Source: Candidatus Bathyarchaeota archaeon
GTDB lineage: Archaea; Thermoproteota; Bathyarchaeia; Bathyarchaeales; Bathycorpusculaceae
DNA: 64,000 bases
Direction of reading: 5' to 3'
Assembly (NCBI GenBank): GCA_963832745.1
Contig: CAWHVC010000003.1
Coordinates: 96,001-160,000, forward strand
The position numbers and the translations under genes were made by a program. The notes below the pieces were generated by a model. The model searched no databases. It had not been told where the DNA came from and saw only the letters and a list, made by a program, of their open reading frames with translations. The number at the start of each line of letters is the position of its first letter. Positions within the stretch are counted from its first letter, which is position 1. Positions 21,154-30,830 of the stretch are shown here, one piece after another.

Positions 21154-21439
21154 GAAAACGCACGTTTATACATATATTTCATTTAGATAACATGTATCAT
21201 TAACTGGCATATAAATGATTTTCAACAAAGTTATATAGAATACATGCATTTAAGTGGCAACACTACTAGTGAGAAGGGCCCATATGCCAATAAACAGTTG
21301 TAGAATAGTCCTGAAAGATTCAGAGCAAAAAAGCACAACCAACGGTGTCGTATGCACAAAAGACACCGACTTGTACATTTCGTTGCTCATTTGCCCACGC
21401 TAAAACACTAAAAATCGTTTAAATGAGGTAAATTAAAAA

Positions 21440-21880
21440 TTGAAAAGAATAATCGCTAAACAAGAGAACTGTATAGGCTGCGGATTATGCGAAGTAGCCT
21501 GCACCGTACAGCACTCAAAATCAAAAGACACAATCAAAGCTTACAACAGCGAACGCCCTAAACCAATAAGCAGAGTACGCTTAGAAATGAACAAACCAGT
21601 CTCCTTTGCAATCCAATGCCGCCACTGCGAAGATGCACCATGCGTAACCGCCTGTCTAGCCGGCGCAATGCAAAAAGACCCAGAAACAAACCTAATCACT
21701 CACAACAAAGACAAATGCATAGGCTGCTGGACATGCATAATGGTTTGCCCATATGGAGCCATCAAAATGGACAAGCAAGGCAAAGTAGTTGCTAAATGCG
21801 ACTTCTGTGTAGAACTTAAAGAGCCAGCATGTGTAGCCAACTGCCCCAACCAAGCATTAGTACTAAAAGAGGTACCGTAA
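21440..21880 (+). CDS. 4Fe-4S dicluster protein (CooF/HycB-like)
   Basis: Four Cys clusters (CIGCGLC, CRHCEDAPC, CIGCWTC, KCDFC). Confidence 0.9.
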   Translation: MKRIIAKQENCIGCGLCEVACTVQHSKSKDTIKAYNSERPKPISRVRLEMNKPVSFAIQCRHCEDAPCVTACLAGAMQKDPETNLITHNKDKCIGCWTCIMVCPYGAIKMDKQGKVVAKCDFCVELKEPACVANCPNQALVLKEVP

Positions 21881-21881
21881 A

Positions 21882-23162
21882 ATGGCAAAGTACGTTATTG
21901 TTGGTGCTTCAGCGGCAGGCATAGGCGCAGTTGAAGCTATCCGCGAAGAAGACCCACAGGGTTCAATCACTGTCATCTCTGAAGAGCAATGCACATACTA
22001 TAGTAGACCAATGATTAGCGAGTTCGTAAGCGGTAAAGCAGATGCCCAAAAAATGAAGTGCCGAAACGATGATTTCTGGAAAGAAAATAATGTAGATGCA
22101 AAAACCTGCCAAAAAGCAGTCTCATTAGACCTTACCGCTAAAATTGTCAGCCTTGAAAACGGCGAAAAAGTCGCCTACGAAAAACTCCTAATTGCAACAG
22201 GCGGCAAACCGTTTGTTCCAAAAATGGAGGGTCAAGACAAAGATGGCGTATTCACATTCACAACCCTATCCGACGCGCAACAACTTGCAGCAAAGATTGA
22301 TCAAATACAAGCAAAAAGCGCAGTTGTTATCGGAGCAGGCTTAATAGGCATAAGCGTAACCGACGCCCTTGTCAAACGAGGCTTAAAAGTTACCGTAGTC
22401 GAGTTGCAAGAAAAGATTCTAAGTTTACTTCTTGACGTCAAAGCATCAGACATAGTTGAAAGCACCATCAAAAGTGCAGGCGTAAACTTTGCAACTGGCC
22501 AGTCAGTCCAAAAAATCATTGGACGCCCAGACAACGGCAATGCAGTTGGCGGAGTAATCTTAACCAAAGGCGACACAGTGCCATGTGATATCGTGATTGT
22601 AGCCATCGGTGTTATTCCACGCACTGAACTGGTTGCAGGAACAGCAGTTAAAATCAACAGGGGCATCGTCGTGGACAATTACATGCAAACAAGTGTTCCA
22701 GACGTTTACGCCAGCGGCGACGTAGCCGAAGCTTACGATTACATCCTAAATCAGAACCGCCTGTTACCTCTTTGGCCACTTGCAATTTTGGAGGGTAGAA
22801 CCGCAGGTTACAACATGACAGGCAAAAAAGCCGCTTACGAAGGCGGAACAAACATGAGCAGCCTCAAATATTTCGGCGTACCAATTGTTTCCATCGGTTT
22901 ATCTAACCCCAAGGATGACCCAACCCTTGAAGTTCTTGTTAAACAAGACACTGACAAGGGCACCTACAAAAAGTTGGTGCTAAAAGACAACGTTATCGTT
23001 GGCATGACAATGGTTAACGCCATTGAACGTTCCGGAATCATCTTCAACCTATTAAAGAAACATATTGACGTTAAAGACTTCAAACAAGACCTGCTAAGGG
23101 ACGATTTTAGCTTAGCGTTCCTGCCAGTTAGTCTTCAAAAACAAATGAGTGTGGTGCAATAA
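21882..23162 (+). CDS. NAD(P)/FAD-dependent oxidoreductase (NirB/rubredoxin reductase-like)
   Basis: GASAAG, ATGG, GAGLIG, TSVPDVYASGD. Confidence 0.88.
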   Translation: MAKYVIVGASAAGIGAVEAIREEDPQGSITVISEEQCTYYSRPMISEFVSGKADAQKMKCRNDDFWKENNVDAKTCQKAVSLDLTAKIVSLENGEKVAYEKLLIATGGKPFVPKMEGQDKDGVFTFTTLSDAQQLAAKIDQIQAKSAVVIGAGLIGISVTDALVKRGLKVTVVELQEKILSLLLDVKASDIVESTIKSAGVNFATGQSVQKIIGRPDNGNAVGGVILTKGDTVPCDIVIVAIGVIPRTELVAGTAVKINRGIVVDNYMQTSVPDVYASGDVAEAYDYILNQNRLLPLWPLAILEGRTAGYNMTGKKAAYEGGTNMSSLKYFGVPIVSIGLSNPKDDPTLEVLVKQDTDKGTYKKLVLKDNVIVGMTMVNAIERSGIIFNLLKKHIDVKDFKQDLLRDDFSLAFLPVSLQKQMSVVQ

Positions 23163-23163
23163 A

Positions 23164-24288
23164 ATGGACAAGCACGATAGAAAAATAATCAACCCATACG
23201 GCGACGACAAAGACTTTTCAGCCTGCGGCATCTTCGCCATGATGAACACAGAAGGCAACCGCTTCGGCTCAAAAGATCCAGTACGTGCAATGGCAAACAT
23301 GCATGACAGAGGCAACGGACTTGGCGGCGGCTTTGCAGTTTACGGCATATACCCACAATTCAAAGACTACTATGCACTCCACATAATGTACCTGCAAAAA
23401 GATGCAAAGGAGAAAACAGACCGAATCCTCGCATCCAAATTTGACATTATCTATGAGGAAGAAATGCAAAACAAACCAGCCAACGTACGTGACCCACCAA
23501 TCGTTTGGCGGTACTTTGTCCAACCTCAAAAACACAGACCGGAAGGACAATCTGAAGAAGACTATGTCTTAGACGCGGTAATGCGCATAAACACTGAAAC
23601 AGGCAAAGCATTTGTATTTTCAAGCGGCAAAAACATGGGAGTCTTCAAAGGTGTAGGTTTTCCAGAAGACGTTGCAGACTTCTTCTGCTTAGAAGATTAC
23701 CAAGGATACCTTTGGACGTGCCACAGTCGTTTCCCAACCAACACTCCAGGCTGGTGGGGCGGAGCACACCCATTCAACATTTTAGACTGGACGGTAATTC
23801 ATAACGGTGAATTATCATCTTACGGCATCAACCGCCGCTACCTAGAAATGTACGGTTACAAATGCACCATGCAAACAGACACTGAAGTTCTAGCCTACGC
23901 AGTAGACTTACTTATGCGTAGAGAGCACTTGCCAGTTGAACTTGCAGCTAAAGTTTTGGCAGCACCACTCTGGGAAGAAATTGATCACATGCCAGCCAAA
24001 GAAGCAAACTTACTAACAGCATTACGCCAAACCTACGGCAGCCTACTCATGAACGGTCCATTCAGCATTGTAATTGCCAACCAAGATGAAATGATAGGTT
24101 TAACCGACAGAATCAAACTAAGACCACTCGTAGCTGGAATCAACGGTGACTTCACATACCTGTCATCTGAGGAAGCAGCCATTCGTCTTGTATCACCAAA
24201 CCTTGACAATTTCTGGACCCCAAGAGGCGGAGAACCAGTAATTTGCAGATTAAAAAACAGCCGGAAACCCGTTGAGGTTAAGGCATAA
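23164..24288 (+). CDS. Glutamate synthase domain 1, class II glutamine amidotransferase
   Basis: ACGIF, DRGNGLGGGF, HSRFPTN, HNGE, DRIKLRP. Confidence 0.9.
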   Translation: MDKHDRKIINPYGDDKDFSACGIFAMMNTEGNRFGSKDPVRAMANMHDRGNGLGGGFAVYGIYPQFKDYYALHIMYLQKDAKEKTDRILASKFDIIYEEEMQNKPANVRDPPIVWRYFVQPQKHRPEGQSEEDYVLDAVMRINTETGKAFVFSSGKNMGVFKGVGFPEDVADFFCLEDYQGYLWTCHSRFPTNTPGWWGGAHPFNILDWTVIHNGELSSYGINRRYLEMYGYKCTMQTDTEVLAYAVDLLMRREHLPVELAAKVLAAPLWEEIDHMPAKEANLLTALRQTYGSLLMNGPFSIVIANQDEMIGLTDRIKLRPLVAGINGDFTYLSSEEAAIRLVSPNLDNFWTPRGGEPVICRLKNSRKPVEVKA

Positions 24289-24304
24289 CTGGAGAGGAAA
24301 AGAA

Positions 24305-25816
24305 ATGAAGACATACATTATCCCTGAATACCTCGTAGAAAGAGACCCACGACGGTGCATACGTTGCAAAGTATGCGTAAACCAATGCACCTATGACACT
24401 CACTGCTATGATGAAGAAACAGACACCATAGCCAGCAAAGAAGCAAACTGCGTTAACTGCCAAAGATGCGTCACATTCTGCCCAACAAACGCAATCACCA
24501 TACGCAAAAACCCTAACGCCAGTCGAGACAACGCCAACTGGAGCATGGACGCCATCCGCGACGTCAAGAAGCATGCTGAAAACGGTGGAGTAATCATCAC
24601 AGGCATGGGCAACGACAAACCAAACTTCACTTACTGGGACAGACTGCTGCTTAACGCAAGCCAAGTAACCAACCCATCAATAGACCCACTTCGGGAACCA
24701 ATGGAAATCAGAACGTATCTTGGCACAAAACCTGACAAACTAGACATACAAATAGAAAACGGCGAAACAGTCCTCAAAACCAAACTCACACCACAATTAC
24801 GCCTTGATGTTCCAGTCATGTTCTCAGCCATGTCTTACGGCGCCATCAGCCTAAACGTGCATGAATCCCTCGCACGTGCAGCAACAGAATGCGGCACATA
24901 CTTTAACACTGGTGAAGGCGGCTTAGACCAAGGACTCTACAAATACGCAGAGCACACAATCGTCCAAGTTGCTTCAGGCAGATTTGGTGTACACTCGCAA
25001 TACCTTAATGCTGGTGCGGCTGTAGAAATCAAAATTGGTCAAGGCGCAAAACCAGGCATGGGTGGACACTTGCCAGGCGAAAAAGTAACGCCCCCAGTAG
25101 CCAAAACCCGCATGATTCCAACCGGTTCCGATGCGCTTTCACCCTACCCACAACACGACATTTACTCAATCGAAGACCTACGCCAACTAATCTATGCCTT
25201 AAAAGAAGCTACCAACTACGAAAAACCAGTCTCCGTTAAAGTTGCGGCTGTGCACAACATCGCGGCAATAGCAAGCGGCATGGTACGTGCAGGAGCAGAC
25301 ATGATCGCTATCGACGGTGTCAGGGGCGCAACAGGCGCAGCACCTAAAGCCATCCGAGACAACGTAGGCATACCCATTGAACTTGCCCTTTCACAAGTAG
25401 ACCAACGCTTACGTGACGAAGGCATACGCAACCAAGCCTCAGTCGTAATTGCAGGCGGCATACGCAGTAGTTCCGACGTGTTCAAAGCAATCGCATTGGG
25501 TGCAGACGCTGTGTACATTGGCACTGCCGCTTTGATCGCAATGGGCTGCACTGTTTGTCAACGTTGCTACACTGGCAAGTGCCCGTGGGGTATAGCGACA
25601 AGTGACCCATGGATCGGTAAACGAATCAACCCAGACATTGCGTCAAAACGCCTTGTGAACTTGCTGCACAGTTGGACTCACGAAATTAGAGACATGATGG
25701 GTCTAATGGGCATTAACGCTATTGAAAGCTTACGCGGCAACCGCTTAGCATTGCGTGGCGTTGGAATGACCGATAAGGAACTCCAAATTTTGGGAGTAAA
25801 AATGGCTGGAGAGTAA
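24305..25816 (+). CDS. Glutamate synthase FMN-binding subunit with N-terminal ferredoxin
   Basis: AMSYGA, NTGEGG, QVASGRFGV, IKIGQGAKPG, C-x2-C-x2-C-x4-CP. Confidence 0.93.
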   Translation: MKTYIIPEYLVERDPRRCIRCKVCVNQCTYDTHCYDEETDTIASKEANCVNCQRCVTFCPTNAITIRKNPNASRDNANWSMDAIRDVKKHAENGGVIITGMGNDKPNFTYWDRLLLNASQVTNPSIDPLREPMEIRTYLGTKPDKLDIQIENGETVLKTKLTPQLRLDVPVMFSAMSYGAISLNVHESLARAATECGTYFNTGEGGLDQGLYKYAEHTIVQVASGRFGVHSQYLNAGAAVEIKIGQGAKPGMGGHLPGEKVTPPVAKTRMIPTGSDALSPYPQHDIYSIEDLRQLIYALKEATNYEKPVSVKVAAVHNIAAIASGMVRAGADMIAIDGVRGATGAAPKAIRDNVGIPIELALSQVDQRLRDEGIRNQASVVIAGGIRSSSDVFKAIALGADAVYIGTAALIAMGCTVCQRCYTGKCPWGIATSDPWIGKRINPDIASKRLVNLLHSWTHEIRDMMGLMGINAIESLRGNRLALRGVGMTDKELQILGVKMAGE

Positions 25817-25821
25817 AAAGT

Positions 25822-26617
25822 ATGACAGAACAAAACGTTATGGATCCAAAACTGCAATCAAGAATAAAACGTGAAGGCAATACAGTCACAGTTAACGCTG
25901 ACTGTCTCTATTACAGAGACCTAAACTGCATACTACGTGAAGTCATAAAAGATAAAACCGTAGAAAAATTGGTAAGTCATTAACGTGTGTGGACAACGCT
26001 ACATCGGAACAGACCTTGACACAACCATCCCAATCGAAATCAAAGGCATCACCGGAAACGACCTTGGCGCGTTCATGAATGGACCACAAATCACTGTTTA
26101 CGGTCACGCACAAGACGCAAGCGGCAACACAATGAACGAAGGCCAAATAGTAATCCACGGCCACGCAGGCGACTTAACAGGGCACTCAATGAGAGGCGGA
26201 AGAATCTTTGTCCGCGACAACGTCGGTTACCGCGTCGGCATCCACATGAAAGAGTACGAAAACAAAATTCCAACTATCGTCATCGGTGAAACAGCAGGCG
26301 ACTTCCTAGCAGAATACATGGCAGGCGGCATAATCCTAATTTTAGGATTAAACCTTAAAGGCTGCGAAAAATGCATCGCAAGATTTGTCGGCACAGGCAT
26401 GCACGGCGGAGTGATTTATGAGCGCGGAGAAATTCTTGAACCGGAAGAAGGCACAAAAACTGAGGATGCTGACGAGAAGGACATGCAGGTGATTGAAGGC
26501 TTAGTTAAAGAGTACGCAGACTTTTTTGGTGCCGATGCAAAGAAAATTTTGGATGGCAAATTCAAGAAGATTAAGCCGTTGTCCAGCAGGCCATATGCGA
26601 AGCTTTATTCGCATTAA
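25822..26617 (+). pseudogene. Glutamate synthase domain 3 (GXGXG) subunit with a frameshift near 25975
   Basis: ATG 25822 frame reads ...YYRDLN...EKLV then stops at 25981-25983; +1 frame continues VINVCGQRYIG and GXGXG repeats. Confidence 0.75.
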
Positions 26618-26694
26618 AATTTCTTTTTTTAAAATTTTATATTTTTTTGTTTTGAAAAGTTAAAGTTTTTAAAAAAAGAAAAAAGAAAGTTGTT

Positions 26695-29388
26695 TTAGTG
26701 TTTTCTTAATATAAGCAAAGTTGCTACTGCTAAAGCAATAATTATAGCTAATACGCCAGCAATTACTGTGGTTGTAGTCGTGTTATTTATTGAGTCAATG
26801 TTTGCAACAGAGGATGTCGTTTATGTTGCTTGTGGTGCTTCTGCTACTGTGGCAAAGGTTTCTGCCCAACTGCTGCCGTATGAGTCGTCACCTGCAAATG
26901 TCGCGGTAACCTTGTAGTCACCTGCCATTGTTGGTGTCCAAGTGAATGAGTAGCCGCCTGTAGCATCGCTTGTGGTGTCACCGATGTGTACTCCGTTTCC
27001 ATTGGGGTCAATTGCGTCGATTGAGACTGGAACACCAGTAACTGTTATGTTGTGGTATATGCCGTCAATCGGTTCTTGACCGAATAGGTACTCCATGTAT
27101 GTGCTCATTGAATCTTTGGAGACACATGCAACCTCGTCTAATCCTCGGAGGTTCTTCATTGGTGCTAATGCGCCGCTTTGAGCTGTTGTTGCTGCCACGA
27201 TTCCTGGAGAGTTATCTAATACTTTGCCGGATATGATAACGCTTGTTCCACTAGTCATTTGTGTCTGCGGGGCTGAAACTGTAGTTGTGCTTGTGCCTTT
27301 TCCGAACACGTACATGTAACCGTCATATCTGTCATCGAAAGTTAAGTAACCGTCAGCGACTGCGCCTGCTACACCGCCATCAAGTTTGCTCCAGATAACT
27401 TCGCCTGATGTTGCGTTAATGCACCAGAATCTCCAGCCTCTTGCTAAGGGTTGTGTTGGTGAGTGTTCACCGTTGGCATAGTATAGTTTGCCGTCTGCAA
27501 TTTGAGGTGCGTTGCTAAAGAGTGCAGTGTTTGGATATTGTGGACTTTCGAATGGTACTGCAGGTGTTACTAGGTTCCATGCGATTTTGCCTGTGTCCCA
27601 GTCAAGAGCGTAGAAGCCTGCATATGAGAAATCAAAGAGTAAGCCGCCGTAGGATGCTGTTGTGTAAGCGCCGAAGTCACCCCAAGGATAGGTCATGCCT
27701 TCAGATGTTCCTAATGCGGGGCTTTGCCATGCTAGTTTGCCGTCGGTTAGTGAGAAGCAATCCCAGAATCCGCCTAGACAACGAACTGCGTATTTGCCGT
27801 GGTCTGCGCAGCCGGTGCTTGTGCTATAGAAGATGTCGTTAACTGTTGTGTTCCAGAGTAGCTGACCTGTGGTTAGGCTTGCACCCATGACAAATTGTCC
27901 TTGAGCTGTGCCTGCGCCTGCGGGTATGATTGAGCCAACGCTAATTGCCACCATTGATTCGTAGTCTGCTGTGCCTAAACTGCTGAACGGATAGGATACG
28001 TTACTAAGAATTCTTGTGGCGAAATCAGTGCTTGTTCCAGTGGTTGTCCAGTTTATCAAGCGATAGTTTGGATTGGCTGATGTTCCAGCATTATAGACGC
28101 TTAGAACGAATGGTTCATTGTAGAATGTTCCTGAAGCTACAGGAGCAGTTGAAACATTTAATGTTACTGCGCCGCTCCATGGATCATATTTAATCATTCT
28201 GCTTGAACCAATGTACAGCAGAGAGTAAGTGCCTGCACCTTGTCCTGTTTGGCCTGCGCCAGGTTCAGAACTATATGCAGTGTTGTATGTTACGTATGTC
28301 GGTATTTGAGTTATGCCTGATTGTTCCCAAAGTATTTGGCCGGTTCGTATATCATAGCATTGCCAAACAGCTGTTGTTTGTGTAACAGTTGCTTCGTTGA
28401 CTGTTCTCGTTGCCGGCTTATTTACTGACTGGTAGGCTCTGCCTTGGAAAATAATGTTGGGTGTTCCAGCGTAGTTTCCTTCGCCTGGACCTGCTGAATT
28501 GTAGCCGTATTGACCACCAACGATTCCGCCTAAAGCGCCTTGTCTTGCCCACGCTATGTGTGCAGTGTTAGGTGCTTGGACGTATGGAGTGTACTTGTAG
28601 TTGCTTGCATAAGTGTTTGTGTCTGCAGGCCAGTTAGATCCACCGCCTTGTCCAGCGAATGGGTATTGTCCACCGATAACCCACCATTCTCTATCGCCGT
28701 TAGGTATTGGTCTTGTCCAGTAGTCAGTTGGTAGAGGTTGTCCTTGCCAGCTATTAACCATGTCTTCTTGAACAGTTAAGGATAATTCTTCGCTTGTGGA
28801 GGGTTTATAGTATGCAGATTCAAGGTATGATGGACCTGAAAAAGCTATAAAGGCTGGATTGATTTTTGCGAGTTCTGCCGGAGGTATTTCTGCTCTGCTA
28901 TTATATACTACGCCTTGGAAGTATGTTCCATTGGGGAAATAGTTGCCAGGGAAGTTAAAAACGAATGTCCATGTGCCCACTTGATCTGCTTTATAAGTGA
29001 AATAATTGGTTGCGTCGCCTTGATATGAATTCAATGGTCCAACAGTTTCAGTTGTACCATCAGGTTTTGTTATTTCAACTGTAAATCCTGAAAAGTACCG
29101 GTTTGTTTGTGTTGGCGGTTCCATCCATAAGTTGACAAGGATTTCTTGGTCTTTACCAATTGGGTTAGGGCTGACACTCATGAAAGCTTCTGTAGGGATG
29201 GTTATGCTTGGAGTTACTCCAGTGGGGATACTAGTTTGCCAAGAGGGGTAAGTTGGGGCGCCGGTTTGCTGTAACTGAGCGTTAACTGACGAAGTCGGTA
29301 GGGTTATTGCCAGAATTGTTGACATCAGAAGAACGAGAATAGTTGCGGTTGTATTCATTTTTGCAATATTTCCTATAATTTTTTTCAT
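26695..29388 (-). CDS. Large secreted PQQ-like beta-propeller surface protein; in-frame TAA at 26821-26823 before the anchor
   Basis: Signal peptide, TG-x2-W blade repeats, paralog of 30827-33448; 41 in-frame codons with a TM helix follow the stop. Confidence 0.8.
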
Positions 29389-29829
29389 TTAGTTCTCCTT
29401 TTTTAATTTGTAAAAAACTGGTTTGCATGTTTCACATATTTAAGCTTTGGCAAATTCAATTCCAATCATTTAATTTTTTTAACTTTAAATATTAATTTCA
29501 TAGTTTTTTTCATAAACAAAATCAAAAAAATTAAAAAAGGAGACAACATCATACGAGCCAAAAATTCAGTAACACTATTCAGGCACTATATTTCACTAAT
29601 TTACCTAATGTTACTGGCCTAAAGCCACATGTTTCGTTGATTACTTGGGGGATAACTTGTCAAATGAGAACTATTTTTGACACTATTTTTCAGCCTTAAT
29701 ACGACCGACAGAAAAAATAAAAATTATGTAAAAACTGTTTAAAAATTAAAAATTTTAAGGAAAAACATTGAAAAAGCATTCTACACATTTATTTACAAGC
29801 ATTCAAAAAAATACAGGTGAGGGAATAAG

Positions 29830-30309
29830 ATGAGCAACATTACTAAAATCGACGAAACGGACGTTAAAATATTAACCATGCTAATCAACGATGCAAGGAC
29901 TCGCCTAAAAGACATCGCCGAAGAATGCAAAACCTCATCAGTATCAGTCCTTAACAGAATAAAACGGCTAAGAAACCTTAAGGTCATTACCGGTTCAACA
30001 ATTTTCCCAGACGTAGCCGCCATTGGAATGCCGATTGTCGCCACAATAGGAATAAACATTGACGGAAATAAAGACCAAGAAATAATTAAGGCAATGGAAC
30101 AACAAATCCACATTGTAGAACCTTCATCAAGCGTTGGCGAATACGACATTTGTGGGTTAGTGTTTGCGAAAAACATTAATGAACTTGACAAAATAGCTTA
30201 CTCTATAAAGGAACGATTCGCCGCAAGAAAAATCACTATTAACGTTTGGTCAGGCACTCCAAAAATGGTTTATCAGAACATTGATTTACAGCCGTTAGGA
30301 AGCAGGTAA
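29830..30309 (+). CDS. Lrp/AsnC family regulator
   Basis: DETDVKIL..L..DAR HTH, GEYDI. Confidence 0.9.
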   Translation: MSNITKIDETDVKILTMLINDARTRLKDIAEECKTSSVSVLNRIKRLRNLKVITGSTIFPDVAAIGMPIVATIGINIDGNKDQEIIKAMEQQIHIVEPSSSVGEYDICGLVFAKNINELDKIAYSIKERFAARKITINVWSGTPKMVYQNIDLQPLGSR

Positions 30310-30311
30310 AG

Positions 30312-30830
30312 ATGGATGAAATTGATTATTTGATTCTTGGCGAATTATTACTTGATGCCCAAATGTCGTTTTTGCAGATCGCTAAAAAATTAAAAATTTC
30401 ATCCTTTACAGTAAAAAGCAGATTCGACAAGATGGTTAAAGAAGGAATAATCCGCAAGGCAATCATCAACATTGACTTGTCTAAACTGGGGTATCAAGGC
30501 AAAGCTTTTCTTTTAATAACTAATGAACCAAACCAGTCTAAAGAAACCACAATAAGTGCCCTTAAAAAAATGGGAAACATCTTAGTTGTAAGCGAAATAC
30601 TGGGACCTTTTGATCTCATAGCTATTGCACCAATTATTGATTTTGACAGCATCAAAGATTTGGTTAATATGGTTAAGAAGATACCAAGCGTGCAGAGAGT
30701 TAATGTGACACTTGTTAATGAAACGATGTTTCCTCTTAGCGACACTTTTGGAAAAATGATAAGCCAAGCAAGTCATGAATCTGCAGAGGCAATAAAGGGA
30801 TTAAAAAAAGGAAGAAAAATTCCTTTTTAG
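30312..30830 (+). CDS. Lrp/AsnC family regulator
   Basis: MDEIDYLIL..L..DA, IDLSKLGY, GPFDL. Confidence 0.9.
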   Translation: MDEIDYLILGELLLDAQMSFLQIAKKLKISSFTVKSRFDKMVKEGIIRKAIINIDLSKLGYQGKAFLLITNEPNQSKETTISALKKMGNILVVSEILGPFDLIAIAPIIDFDSIKDLVNMVKKIPSVQRVNVTLVNETMFPLSDTFGKMISQASHESAEAIKGLKKGRKIPF

